Position numbers and translations under genes: made by a program | The notes under the pieces: model-generated | Seen by the model: only the letters and a program-made list of their open reading frames with translations | Database searches by the model: none | What the model was told of the DNA's origin: nothing | NCBI GenBank assembly: GCA_028706005.1 | Contig: JAQWCI010000001.1 | Coordinates: forward strand, 1 to 55,171 | Length of the DNA stretch: 55,171 nucleotides | Direction of reading: 5' to 3' | Source: Lachnospiraceae bacterium | GTDB lineage: Bacteria > Bacillota > Clostridia > Lachnospirales > Lachnospiraceae | Part shown: one piece after another, positions 1-9,788 of the stretch | How positions within the stretch are numbered: the first letter of the stretch is position 1 | Layout of the letters: each line of letters begins with the position of its first letter

Positions 1-233
1 GCTATCAGAATATGAATAAGATGCCTGTGACGGGCTTCTTTTTCTTCAAGGACCTTTTGTTTTGCTGCATCGATCTGTTCCTGACGTTTTATTGCCTCAG
101 TGATCTCTGTCATGTTCTCTGAAATCTTTTCCTGAACTGAATCAAATTCAGGAACTATATGGATCTCATGGCCGCAGTTTTCACAATATAGTTTTCCTTC
201 GGGAATTTCGCTCCCGCAGTTTGGACATATCAT
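1..233 (-). CDS. Zinc-ribbon domain protein, 5' part only (runs off window edge)
   Basis: Hand translation from ATG at 233 gives MICPNCGSEIPEGKLYCENCGHEIHIVPEFD, with two CxxC pairs. Purine-rich RBS (GCAGGTG) upstream. Not in ORF track because truncated. Confidence 0.8.
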   Translation of the reverse strand, partial: MICPNCGSEIPEGKLYCENCGHEIHIVPEFDSVQEKISENMTEITEAIKRQEQIDAAKQKVLEEKEARHRHLIHILI

Positions 234-263
234 ATAAACACCTGCTCCCGGTCAAAACAAGTA

Positions 264-1115
264 TCAGATCCTGTGCTGTATCTTAAGTGCTTCAAGACAA
301 TTTGTCATAAGCATTGCAATAGTCATTGGGCCGACTCCGCCAGGTACAGGTGTTATCGCACTGCAGTGAGGCAACACATCATCGAAGTCAACATCGCCGC
401 AGAGTTTACCGTTCTCATCCCTGTCCATGCCGCAATCAATAACAACAGCTCCCTCTTTTATGTAATCAGAATTGAACATCTTGGGTCTTCCTGTTGCTGT
501 TATAAGAATATCAGCTCTTTTACATACTGATTTAAGATCAACAGTTTTTGAATGAGCAATTGTAACTGTAGCATTTTCTCTGAGCATAAGCATGGCCATT
601 GGCTTGCCTACGATATTTGATCTTCCGGCAATCACACATTCTTTTCCGCTGGCGGAAATGCCACTTCTCTTAAGAAGCTGGATTATACCGGCCGGAGTGC
701 ATGACACAAATCCGGGAATTCCTATACTTAAGGCTCCGACACTCTGTGGATGGAAGCCGTCTACATCCTTTGAAGGTAGTATGGCTTCTATGACCTTCTG
801 CTCATTTATATGTTTTGGCAGAGGAAGCTGCACAAGAATTCCATTTACGTCATTATTACAGTTCAGCTCATCAATAAGCTTCAGTAATTCGCTTTCTGAT
901 GTCGTCTCAGGCATTTCATATGAAAGCGATTTTATACCACAGTATTCACAGGCTTTTTTCTTATTGCGAACGTATACTGCCGATGCCGGATCATTGCCTA
1001 CAAGAACGACGGCAAGACTTGTTTCGATTTCCTTCTCTTTAAGCTTTCCTGTCTCTTCTCTGATCTCATCTCTGATCTCAAGTGAGATTTTCTTCCCATC
1101 AATAATTAAAGCCAT
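264..1115 (-). CDS. folD: Bifunctional methylenetetrahydrofolate dehydrogenase/cyclohydrolase
   Basis: Motifs YVRNKKKAC, GILVQLPLP, KDVDGFH, GRSNIVGKP, TPVPGGVGPMT. Start set at MALIIDGK. Confidence 0.97.
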   Translation of the reverse strand: MALIIDGKKISLEIRDEIREETGKLKEKEIETSLAVVLVGNDPASAVYVRNKKKACEYCGIKSLSYEMPETTSESELLKLIDELNCNNDVNGILVQLPLPKHINEQKVIEAILPSKDVDGFHPQSVGALSIGIPGFVSCTPAGIIQLLKRSGISASGKECVIAGRSNIVGKPMAMLMLRENATVTIAHSKTVDLKSVCKRADILITATGRPKMFNSDYIKEGAVVIDCGMDRDENGKLCGDVDFDDVLPHCSAITPVPGGVGPMTIAMLMTNCLEALKIQHRI

Positions 1116-1154
1116 TAGGACCCGCTTTCCGCATCCCTTCATCGGGATTGCAAA

Positions 1155-4100
1155 CTATACGCCGTTCTCTTCAATATAACTTTCAAAATCGCTCTTGCTC
1201 ATTAATACATTTCTTGGCTTTGTCCCTTCTTCCTCGGCGACAACGCCCGCTTCACAGAGCTGGTCCATTATTCTTGCTGCTCTGTTAAATCCTATCTTAT
1301 AAACTCTCTGCAACATTCCTATTGTAGCTTTCTGCTTGTCTATTACAAGATAACCTGCTTCTGTGAAATGATCGTCTATCTGTGGACCGTCACTGGCAGC
1401 TCCGGAAGCTGAGAATGAAGGGGAACTGTCTGAAGATGCCAGAACAGATATCTTCTTCTCAATCTCGCCCATATCTGTCACGTATCCAGGATTGTGATAT
1501 TTTATGAAATTGACGACATCCTGTACTTCGTCATCAGAAACAAATGCCCCCTGAACTCTGGCCGGCTTTGTATATCCCTGCGGATAGAACAGCATATCTC
1601 CTTTTCCAAGAAGCTTTTCTGCTCCATACATATCAAGTATTGTTCTGGAATCGACACCGCTTGTAACTGCAAAAGCAACACGGCTCGGCATATTTGCCTT
1701 AATAAGTCCCGTTATTACATCGACAGACGGGCGCTGCGTAGCAATTATAAGGTGTATTCCTGCAGCTCTGGCAAGCTGTGCAAGACGACAGATTGAATCT
1801 TCAACTTCCTTTGCACATACCATCATAAGGTCAGCCAGCTCATCTACGATTATTACTATCTGTGGCATTACCTCCATTTCAGGATCTTTGCCGGGTTCTG
1901 CCTTTGCGTTATACCCCTTGAGGTCTCGTACGCCAGCATCTGCGAATTTTCTGTAACGGTCAGTCATTTCTGCAACAGCCCACTGAAGAGCTGAAGAAGC
2001 CTTCCTGGGGTCAGTGACTACAGGGAGCAACAGATGAGGGATGCCATTGTATACAGAGAGTTCTACGATCTTGGGATCGATCATTATCATCTTTACATCT
2101 TTTGGTTCATAGCGAAACAGAATGCTCATAATAAGCGTGTTGATGCATACAGATTTACCTGATCCTGTAGCACCGGCTATAAGCATATGCGGCATTTTTG
2201 CAATGTCTGAAACAACAACATTACCGCCGATATCTTTGCCTACAGCAAATGCGATCTTGCCCTTGAAATGCCTGAAAATATCTGATTCAAAGAGATCGCG
2301 CAGTGCGACAGTACTTGTTATCTTGTTCGGCACTTCAATTCCTATAGCAGGTTTCCCGGGAATAGGAGCTTCTATTCTTATATCAGCGGCTGCCAGATTC
2401 AGCTTTATATCATCCTGAAGAGCTACAATTCGGCTGACTTTAACTCCCTGAGCCGGGAGCAGTTCATACCTGGTGACAGCCGGTCCCTGACATACATTGG
2501 GAATAGTTACATTGACACCAAATGTTTTGAGCGTATTCTGAAGATTCAGAGCCGTTGTCTGAAGTTCACGGTCTGATTCAGGGTTGACTTTCCTGACGCC
2601 TTCTTTCAGAAGCGTAAGAGGCGGGAAAACATATTTGGGCGGTTTTTTATACTCAGGGGCCGGTTTTGCCGGCGCCGCAACAGATGAAGATGCTGCTGCA
2701 GTTGTAACAGCACTCTTCTCAGCATCTTTGCGCTCTCTCTCGATGCTGATATTATCAAGATCCTCTTCTTTTGGAGCTTCACTGTGAGCAGCTTCAGCGG
2801 CTGGCTCAGTGGCTGTGGTTATAGCTGTTTTTGTGTCAGTATCAGTAGCTTTATCAGTAACTGTAGTTTCAGACGGTTCAGGACTGTCATGATCCAGGGT
2901 CTCCTGCATGCTTTGTCTGAAAATTTTGTCAGAGAAATTTTCAGAACTATAGTCAGGAGAAGTAGCATCGGTTACATTAATACCAATGCCGGTATAATCA
3001 GTATCTGTGTTCGCAATCTTACTGTGTTCCAGATCTGCTCTTGCTGTAAAGGATGCATAATCAGCATCTTCGACTGTTATCTCATGAAGATTTTTATCAG
3101 TCGAATACCCTCTGAAAGAAGCTTCCTGTGCAGCCTGACTTCTTGCAGCAACCGTAACACCTGCAACGCCTGCAGCTGATACAGCAGCATCTGCAGCTAC
3201 TGTAGTCCCTCCAACCATTACGTCATCAATTGATGCTACATCATTGTTTACATGATTTTTATCACTGAAAAGAGTGGTATCTTTAAGAGAACCGTTGTAG
3301 CTGTCGACTTTTCTGAGGACATTACTGTTCTCTTTTTCTTCAGCTTCCTGCCGGAGTTCCTGTTCTCTTATTCTTCTTCGATCCTCTCGGCTGCGTCTTT
3401 CCTCATCAGCCTGTCTTCTTCGCTCAGCTCTTTCATCCTCGCGTTTTCTTCGCATCTCTTCGTATATTCTGTCATTTTCTTCTTCTGCGAGACGATCACG
3501 TTCATCGTCTTCTTCAGAGCGGTCTGACACGTTGTTACCATCAATAAGACTAATGATAGAACTTCCGCTTATTATGATCACACATACAAGAATTATTGCA
3601 ATTATTACAAGGATCGTCCCGGCCATTTTCATGAAATAATAAAACAGATAACATAAAGAACCGGCGATTACACCGCCTCCGCTGTGTTGCGAAGCGCATC
3701 TGCTGAAAATATCAGATATGGAATATGTCACAGCCGTTTCAAGATTTCCAGCAGCCAATTCGCAGATCATTCCAAAACATAAGAACAGTATTGAAATGCA
3801 TATGATCCTTTTTGTTGTTTCACTTCTGCCGCGTTGCGTAAACCAATATGCCAACATTGCAAGTACAAAGAACGGCATGACAAAATTTGTAAATCCGAAG
3901 ACGCCAAACATGGCACTGCTGACAGCTTTGCCAACAGTGCCCATAAGACCTATATTTGCCAGAAAGATAAAGATCATACACGAGACGATAGCAATGAGGA
4001 TGAGATCCTCTTTAAGAGCACTGTTATCATTCTTCTTTTTTCTGTATGACCTTTTCTGTGTAGAGCGTGAACCTGAATTTGAGCTTCGCCTTCCTGAATT

Positions 4101-4160
4101 TCTATTGCCGGATCCGGTTCCGCTCCTTTTTCTGTTGTTGGCATTGCCAGATGTTGCCAT
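1155..4160 (-). CDS. ftsK: DNA translocase FtsK/SpoIIIE
   Basis: N-terminal TM helices, long acidic linker, Walker A GATGSGKS, IVDELADLM, ATQRPSVDVITG, C-terminal gamma domain LQRVYKIGFNRAAR. Confidence 0.96.
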   Translation of the reverse strand: MATSGNANNRKRSGTGSGNRNSGRRSSNSGSRSTQKRSYRKKKNDNSALKEDLILIAIVSCMIFIFLANIGLMGTVGKAVSSAMFGVFGFTNFVMPFFVLAMLAYWFTQRGRSETTKRIICISILFLCFGMICELAAGNLETAVTYSISDIFSRCASQHSGGGVIAGSLCYLFYYFMKMAGTILVIIAIILVCVIIISGSSIISLIDGNNVSDRSEEDDERDRLAEEENDRIYEEMRRKREDERAERRRQADEERRSREDRRRIREQELRQEAEEKENSNVLRKVDSYNGSLKDTTLFSDKNHVNNDVASIDDVMVGGTTVAADAAVSAAGVAGVTVAARSQAAQEASFRGYSTDKNLHEITVEDADYASFTARADLEHSKIANTDTDYTGIGINVTDATSPDYSSENFSDKIFRQSMQETLDHDSPEPSETTVTDKATDTDTKTAITTATEPAAEAAHSEAPKEEDLDNISIERERKDAEKSAVTTAAASSSVAAPAKPAPEYKKPPKYVFPPLTLLKEGVRKVNPESDRELQTTALNLQNTLKTFGVNVTIPNVCQGPAVTRYELLPAQGVKVSRIVALQDDIKLNLAAADIRIEAPIPGKPAIGIEVPNKITSTVALRDLFESDIFRHFKGKIAFAVGKDIGGNVVVSDIAKMPHMLIAGATGSGKSVCINTLIMSILFRYEPKDVKMIMIDPKIVELSVYNGIPHLLLPVVTDPRKASSALQWAVAEMTDRYRKFADAGVRDLKGYNAKAEPGKDPEMEVMPQIVIIVDELADLMMVCAKEVEDSICRLAQLARAAGIHLIIATQRPSVDVITGLIKANMPSRVAFAVTSGVDSRTILDMYGAEKLLGKGDMLFYPQGYTKPARVQGAFVSDDEVQDVVNFIKYHNPGYVTDMGEIEKKISVLASSDSSPSFSASGAASDGPQIDDHFTEAGYLVIDKQKATIGMLQRVYKIGFNRAARIMDQLCEAGVVAEEEGTKPRNVLMSKSDFESYIEENGV

Positions 4161-4180
4161 ATATTCTCCCGATAAATTAT

Positions 4181-4336
4181 TTACTGTATATCAAAGTCGT
4201 CGTTATCTTTGATCTCTATGTCAAAATCATCAACGGAATTTGTTTTGCCGGATTCTTTATGATCAAATACGATCTTTCCGTTCGCTGATTTTACAGGCTG
4301 AGGAAGAGGGTTATGTATCTCATTATCACCAGGCAT
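4181..4336 (-). CDS. Small acidic hypothetical protein (51 aa)
   Basis: ATG at 4336 preceded by AAAGGAGAAT. Reads MPGDNEIHNPLPQPVKSANGKIVFDHKESGKTNSVDDFDIEIKDNDDFDIQ*. Stops 20 nt before ftsK. Below the ORF-track size cut-off. Confidence 0.6.
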   Translation of the reverse strand: MPGDNEIHNPLPQPVKSANGKIVFDHKESGKTNSVDDFDIEIKDNDDFDIQ

Positions 4337-4379
4337 ATGAATTCTCCTTTTTCTTAACGCTCCTCAATGATAAACAATG

Positions 4380-4408
4380 CCGGATCCCCTGCTTTTGCGG
4401 AGACCCGG
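4380..4408 (-). terminator. Hairpin, possible intrinsic terminator after the CFI-box gene
   Basis: CCGGGTCTCCGC-AAAA-GCAGGGGATCCGG on minus strand; weak U-tract. Confidence 0.4.
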
Positions 4409-4461
4409 TCATTTATATGCAGATTTCACTGTGCATCGCTCCGGCCTGCCTGAGGCGCAAA

Positions 4462-5247
4462 CTAATGTTGCCTGCCGTGAAATGTATACAGATAGCGATC
4501 AGATAATTCCTTTACCATGATTCCGTACACATTAAGACAATCATCATTTCTGCCTGTGCGTATATCCTCTACGCATTTTACGATATACCTGTTCCAGATG
4601 TCTGAGTAAATCTTCTTCTCGTCACTTTCTCTGGAAATACGTTTGACGATCGTAGGAGCCATATCATAGTACTCATTGATCATGTTCCTGCGCTCATTGT
4701 TCTCCTGCATATAGCTGTCTCTGAAATCCTTGAGAGTCTCAAGTTCACTGCAGTCGTCACCGTGGCCGAGCGCCACACTTGCGGCTGTAGTTATATAGCA
4801 GAGCTTTCTTCTGAATCCGGAATCAAGTTCATCGACTGTCGCGGCCTTGATCCTGCTGTCCTTGAAATGACCGGCCCATGATGTGCATAAATAATCCATG
4901 CAGTCGCGTGTGCGATCCTTCTTATCCGCGGGGCAGCTTTCAAGAAACCCCGGTATCACATAGCTGACGACAAAAAGATTCAGCTTTTGTTGTTCAGAAG
5001 CGGCGTTTCTTTTCGAAACTTCCTTTACACATTGATCACCGGCCTCTATCATCATTCCTGATATACGGTCAAAACAAGTGTTTTCCGCATTCTCGGCAAG
5101 CAGTGCATTGATTTCGGAATAAATCTCCGAATTTGCTGCACAATACTCCTTGAATGAGGATCTGTATTCATTTCGGTTGAATTTTCCCAGATATGTATCC
5201 TTCTCATTGAAGAGAAGGATAACATTATTATCTGAATCACTCTTCAT
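4462..5247 (-). CDS. CFI-box-CTERM domain protein
   Basis: C-terminal CYITTA..LG..DDC.EL.TL..FRD.Y....YY..AP.IV matches the CFI-box-CTERM pattern. Start set at MKSDS, overlapping the yebC stop. Confidence 0.75.
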   Translation of the reverse strand: MKSDSDNNVILLFNEKDTYLGKFNRNEYRSSFKEYCAANSEIYSEINALLAENAENTCFDRISGMMIEAGDQCVKEVSKRNAASEQQKLNLFVVSYVIPGFLESCPADKKDRTRDCMDYLCTSWAGHFKDSRIKAATVDELDSGFRRKLCYITTAASVALGHGDDCSELETLKDFRDSYMQENNERRNMINEYYDMAPTIVKRISRESDEKKIYSDIWNRYIVKCVEDIRTGRNDDCLNVYGIMVKELSDRYLYTFHGRQH

Positions 5248-5977
5248 CAGGCTCATCCCAGTTATGATAAACGTTCTGGACATCATCAGCTGCATCAAGG
5301 TTGTCAAGGATCCGCTGCATTGACTTGATAGATTTCTCATCAGTCAGAGTAACATAGTTCTGAGGTATCATGGTGACTTCTGAGGAAGCTACCGGAATAT
5401 TCTGTGCTGCAAGTGCCTTGCTCACATCCTCAAATGACTCAGGACTTGTGAGTATTTCAATGCTGTCTTCTTCATCATCGATATCATCGGCTCCCGCATC
5501 AGCAACGATCATGAAAAGATCATCAGCAGAAAGATCACATTCCTCTTTATCAATAATGATCTGCCCCTTCTTATCGAACATATATGATACGCATCCCGGT
5601 GTACCGACATTTCCACCGCCGCGTGTGAAAGCAGCTCTTACATCAGAGGCAGTGCGGTTTGCATTGTCTGTAAGCGTCTCTACAATTATTGCTACGCCTT
5701 CAGGACCATATCCTTCATAAGTGTTTACCTGATAATTGACACCATCCGAGTCTCCGGCGGCTTTCTTTATTCCGTTCTCGATAGTACTGTTGGGAACGTT
5801 ATTTGCCTTCGCTTTTTCGACTACCTGTGCCAGCTTGAAATTGTTATTGGGATCAGGGCCGCCTTCCTTGACTGCAACTGCGATCTCACGACCGATTATT
5901 GTAAAGATCTTGCCCTTGGCTGCATCGTTTCTTTCTTTTTTGTGCTTAATGTTTGCAAATTTGGAATGTCCTGACAT
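5237..5977 (-). CDS. yebC: YebC/PmpR (TACO1) family protein
   Basis: MSGHSKFANIKHKK start, YEGYGPEG, TDNANRT, DDVQNVYHN. Confidence 0.96.
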   Translation of the reverse strand: MSGHSKFANIKHKKERNDAAKGKIFTIIGREIAVAVKEGGPDPNNNFKLAQVVEKAKANNVPNSTIENGIKKAAGDSDGVNYQVNTYEGYGPEGVAIIVETLTDNANRTASDVRAAFTRGGGNVGTPGCVSYMFDKKGQIIIDKEECDLSADDLFMIVADAGADDIDDEEDSIEILTSPESFEDVSKALAAQNIPVASSEVTMIPQNYVTLTDEKSIKSMQRILDNLDAADDVQNVYHNWDEPDEE

Positions 5978-6048
5978 ACAAAAATACCCTCCATGCTTGA
6001 ACTATTATTATAAACCAATAGATTATAACATATCTTTGTTAATTGATG

Positions 6049-7233
6049 TTAAGCATCCTTGCCGAAATGATCTTCGTATCCTGATATCTCCCCGTTTCTG
6101 ATATATATCCTTGGGACCCTCTTGTTTATACAGCATTCGAGTTCATAATTAAATCTCCCTGACACATCTCCTGCATCTTCCATAGTGATCGTTTCTTCCC
6201 CGTCAGTTCCGATAAGCGTGACATCGTCGCCCTCCGTGGCATCCGGAATATCCGTAACATCCACCATGAACTGGTCCATACATATCCTGCCGAGGATCGG
6301 AGCTCTTTTTCCGCGGATCAGCACGCTGAAATCTTTACCCGACAGATCCCTTGGGTACCCGTCATCATAACCTGCTGATATAGTGGCTATCCTTGTTTCA
6401 CCTTTTGTTATGAAAGTGCCGCCATAGCTAACTGCTTTTCCTGCAGGAACTGTTTTGATATAAACTATGGATGATAACAGTGACAAGACCGGTTTAAGCG
6501 GGACTATATCTTTCGAGACATCAGGTGAAGGCCACAGTCCGTAAAGTGTGATACCTGCCCTCACCATGTCAAGATTGGCCTCTGGCATCTCAACAATACC
6601 GGCACTGTTGGAAGCCGTCTTTACAGGTATCTTTACCCCAAGTTCGTTCTCAATCCTGTCAGTGAAGGATGTGAATGCCATGAGCTGGTTCCTTGCTGAG
6701 GATTTGTCTTTCTCGTCAGCTCTCGCAAAATGAGTGAATATTCCTTCAATCTCTATACCAGGCTCTTTTGCTGCACGTGCGACCATTTGAAGTCCATGGT
6801 CATCAGGCGTTACCCCGATCCTTGTCATACCTGTATCGACCGCAATGAAGATCCTGGCCTTCTTTCCGACCCTTTCGGCTGCCGCACTGAGCTCTTTTAT
6901 CATATCTTCTCTGAATACAGCAGGTCTTATGTTCTCTGTTGCAAGCTTTTCGTAGCAATAAGGAAAAACATACCCAAGGAGAAGTATCGGCTTCTGTATC
7001 CCGTTCATCCGAAGGATCTGCGCCTCTTCAAAAGTTGCGGTGCAATATCCCCAGAGATACGGCAGGTCATCTATAGCTCGTGCTATCTGTACTGCACCGC
7101 ACCCGTATGCATCGGCCTTTATTACAGCAGCCATCATTGTCCCCGGCTTAAGGTTTCGATGCATGCTTTCCATATTTTGCCTTGCGTTGTCGAGATTGAC
7201 GACAGCTCTTATTCTCTGATAACCGTCTTTCAT
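6049..7233 (-). CDS. alr: Alanine racemase
   Basis: AVIKADAYG (PLP lysine), DTGMTRIG, FTHFARADE, VSYG, GRICMDQ. Confidence 0.96.
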   Translation of the reverse strand: MKDGYQRIRAVVNLDNARQNMESMHRNLKPGTMMAAVIKADAYGCGAVQIARAIDDLPYLWGYCTATFEEAQILRMNGIQKPILLLGYVFPYCYEKLATENIRPAVFREDMIKELSAAAERVGKKARIFIAVDTGMTRIGVTPDDHGLQMVARAAKEPGIEIEGIFTHFARADEKDKSSARNQLMAFTSFTDRIENELGVKIPVKTASNSAGIVEMPEANLDMVRAGITLYGLWPSPDVSKDIVPLKPVLSLLSSIVYIKTVPAGKAVSYGGTFITKGETRIATISAGYDDGYPRDLSGKDFSVLIRGKRAPILGRICMDQFMVDVTDIPDATEGDDVTLIGTDGEETITMEDAGDVSGRFNYELECCINKRVPRIYIRNGEISGYEDHFGKDA

Positions 7234-7273
7234 AATAATATCTCCTCACAATGAAGCTTGATTTGTATATATT

Positions 7274-8863
7274 TCAAGGGAGCAGCTTGCTGATCGAGCA
7301 GGCAATGTCACCCGCCCTCATTGCGCTCCTTCCGATAAGTTCAGCGGCTTCATCGCCGGCAACTGCATGGATGAGGACTGACATACATGCGGATTGATAA
7401 ATTGTTTTGCTGTTCCTGACGCCCATTGCCGCCACTGCAGCAGTGATTCCTGTCAAAACATCTCCCGAGCCCGCAGTCGCCATACCATCATTCCCGCATG
7501 TATTGAGAAAGCGTCTCCCTGATTTATCTACGACCCAGGTCCTTGCATCTTTGCTTACAACAGTGCAGTTCAGCTCACATGCAAGAGCACTCGAAAGATC
7601 GACTCTGTTACCAAGTACTTCATCTATTTCTGTGCCGCATAATCTTGCAAGTTCTCCCGGATGCGGCGTTACTATAAGGCCTGCAGATCCGTTTCCGGCT
7701 GCAAACTTTTCCCGTAGAACACTGTCAGCGGCGATTATATTCAGTGCGTCAGCATCGAGTATAAGAGTTTTGCCGTCAAAACAATTGTCACCTGAAAGTC
7801 CTGCAAGTACCCGCATCAGCATCTGAGCCATGTCACCAGTCCCAATCCCGGGGCCTGCGGCTATTGAATCAGCCCATTCAACATCTTTTCGCAGAAGACT
7901 TCTCAGTTCATCTTCTTCCGTTTCTTTGTCATATCCGGTAAACATGACTTCCGGGAGTGTTTCCTGGATTATTACCCTGTTATCTTCAGAAGAGAAAAGC
8001 CTGACCATACCTGCTCCGGTATTCATTGCAGCTTTAGCACAAAGTATTGATGAACCTGCCATACCATGGCTGCCAGCTATGATAAGTGTTTTCCCAAAGT
8101 TTCCTTTATTGCTGCCCTCAGGTCTCTTCATGGATACAGCTATATCAGATCGATCCATTGTATAAGCATAATTTATATGGTCATCTTCGCACTTACAAAG
8201 AGATAATACCGGTATTCCGATGTCTTCGAGCACTACTTTTCCACAGCATTCTGCTCCTGGGAAAAGAACATTACCAAGTTTTCTGAAACCGAATGTCACG
8301 GTAACATCAGCCCTTACTGCATTACCCATAATGCTGCCGTCATCAGCGTTTACTCCTGACGGTATGTCAACGGATATTACCTTTGAGCCATTATTGTGGT
8401 AATAGTTAATAAGATCAACAACACCTGAGGCTTTTCCTTCTATGTTTCTGGAAAGACCTGTTCCGAATAGAGCATCTATAACTATGTCCGGGGCATCTGA
8501 AGTCTGACTTGCATTTTCTGATACAGTTTCACGGCGAATACCAAGAGCATTGATTATCTTCATCTGTGCTTCGCAGTTGCTTTCCTGTGTGAGCTTTTCT
8601 GAAAGACAGAAAATTCTCACATGGTAACCATCATCATTAAGAAGGCGCGCTGCGGCAAGCCCATCACCGCCATTGTTTCCGTTTCCGGCGAAAACAAAAA
8701 CAGAAGGATTTACTGTACCCATGGTGACGGGTGCAAGCCTTTCCGCTTCACGGCGGATAGCAAGCGCAGCTCTCTCCATCAGTACCATTCCCGGCAGGCC
8801 GATCTCATTTTGCGTAAATGTATCAGCCATTTTCATTTGTTTTGCAGTCAGCAAGTATTCCAT
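7274..8863 (-). CDS. nnr: Bifunctional NAD(P)H-hydrate epimerase/dehydratase (NnrE-NnrD)
   Basis: LMERAA, GNGNNGGDG, DALFGTG, DIPSG, DADALN, TPHPGE, AGSGDVL. Start set at MEYLL. Confidence 0.93.
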   Translation of the reverse strand: MEYLLTAKQMKMADTFTQNEIGLPGMVLMERAALAIRREAERLAPVTMGTVNPSVFVFAGNGNNGGDGLAAARLLNDDGYHVRIFCLSEKLTQESNCEAQMKIINALGIRRETVSENASQTSDAPDIVIDALFGTGLSRNIEGKASGVVDLINYYHNNGSKVISVDIPSGVNADDGSIMGNAVRADVTVTFGFRKLGNVLFPGAECCGKVVLEDIGIPVLSLCKCEDDHINYAYTMDRSDIAVSMKRPEGSNKGNFGKTLIIAGSHGMAGSSILCAKAAMNTGAGMVRLFSSEDNRVIIQETLPEVMFTGYDKETEEDELRSLLRKDVEWADSIAAGPGIGTGDMAQMLMRVLAGLSGDNCFDGKTLILDADALNIIAADSVLREKFAAGNGSAGLIVTPHPGELARLCGTEIDEVLGNRVDLSSALACELNCTVVSKDARTWVVDKSGRRFLNTCGNDGMATAGSGDVLTGITAAVAAMGVRNSKTIYQSACMSVLIHAVAGDEAAELIGRSAMRAGDIACSISKLLP

Positions 8864-8891
8864 ACATTCCACCATGTAAAAAGAGGCTGCG

Positions 8892-9551
8892 TTATTCCGC
8901 AGCCCCCGTTGTGTTTGTGTCATCTTCAGAACGGTGAAGATTATAAGACAGTTTCATCAGGCTGTCAGAAAGGTGTACGTTTTCGACCTTGATAGAATCC
9001 GGCACAGGAAGATCTATGTGGGCAAAATTCCAGATTGCCTTGATCCTGCACTCTACAAGTTCTTTGGCTATTCCTGCAGCAGCAGTTTTCGGAACTGTCA
9101 GAACAGCTATATCGATATTGTTGTTCCTGACAAATTCAGGCATATCATCAAGTGGAAGTACTTCAATGGAACCTATCTTCTTGCCGATAACATTCTGACT
9201 TATGTCGAAAGCTCCGCGAAAAACGAATCCTCTGTTCTTAAAATTCATATAGCCGACAAGCGCCTGCCCGAGATTACCTGCTCCGATGATGATCATATTG
9301 TGAATGTGGTCTAGTCCAAGGATCTTTCCAATCTCATCATAAAGATAATCTACATTATAACCATATCCCTGCTGTCCAAAACCACCGAAATTATTGAAGT
9401 CCTGACGTATCTGGGAAGCAGTCACATGCATGAGTCTGCTGAGTTCCCGTGATGAGACCCTCTCGATCCTGTCATTCTTGAGCTCTCCAAGATAACGATA
9501 ATACCTTGGAAGCCTTGCTACAACTGCATTTGATATATCTTTGTCATCCAA
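8892..9551 (-). CDS. rex: Redox-sensing transcriptional repressor Rex
   Basis: RLPRYYRYL, ASQIRQDF, GQQGYGY, GAGNLG, IWNFA. TTG start. Confidence 0.97.
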   Translation of the reverse strand: MDDKDISNAVVARLPRYYRYLGELKNDRIERVSSRELSRLMHVTASQIRQDFNNFGGFGQQGYGYNVDYLYDEIGKILGLDHIHNMIIIGAGNLGQALVGYMNFKNRGFVFRGAFDISQNVIGKKIGSIEVLPLDDMPEFVRNNNIDIAVLTVPKTAAAGIAKELVECRIKAIWNFAHIDLPVPDSIKVENVHLSDSLMKLSYNLHRSEDDTNTTGAAE

Positions 9552-9603
9552 ATTGTGATCGCTCCTGAAACGCCGTATTATATAACAATTATCTGTTTCA
9601 TTA

Positions 9604-9632
9604 AGTATAATCAGCTGTTAAAATGTTGTCAA
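9604..9632 (-). promoter_or_regulatory. Sigma-A promoter of rex overlapped by a Rex-box-like site
   Basis: Minus strand TTGACA(9632-9627)-17 nt-TATACT(9609-9604). 9632-9615 reads TTGACAA-CATT-TTAACAG, 11/14 to TTGTTAA-N4-TTAACAA. Confidence 0.65.
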
Positions 9633-9638
9633 TGTAAG

Positions 9639-9668
9639 TTGACACCTGCATGAGTATTGCGATACAGT
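9639..9668 (+). promoter_or_regulatory. Putative sigma-A promoter of the ABC-F gene
   Basis: TTGACA(9639-9644)-18 nt-TACAGT(9663-9668). Confidence 0.45.
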
Positions 9669-9788
9669 TCAGTTATTGTTCACAGAGACACAAATTTATG
9701 CTAAAGTGCTCAAGTGTGCATGGTAAATTAAAGAACCAACATATAATTGAGACGTGCCTTCGCAAACTGCGCTCAGGCATGAGAGGCA

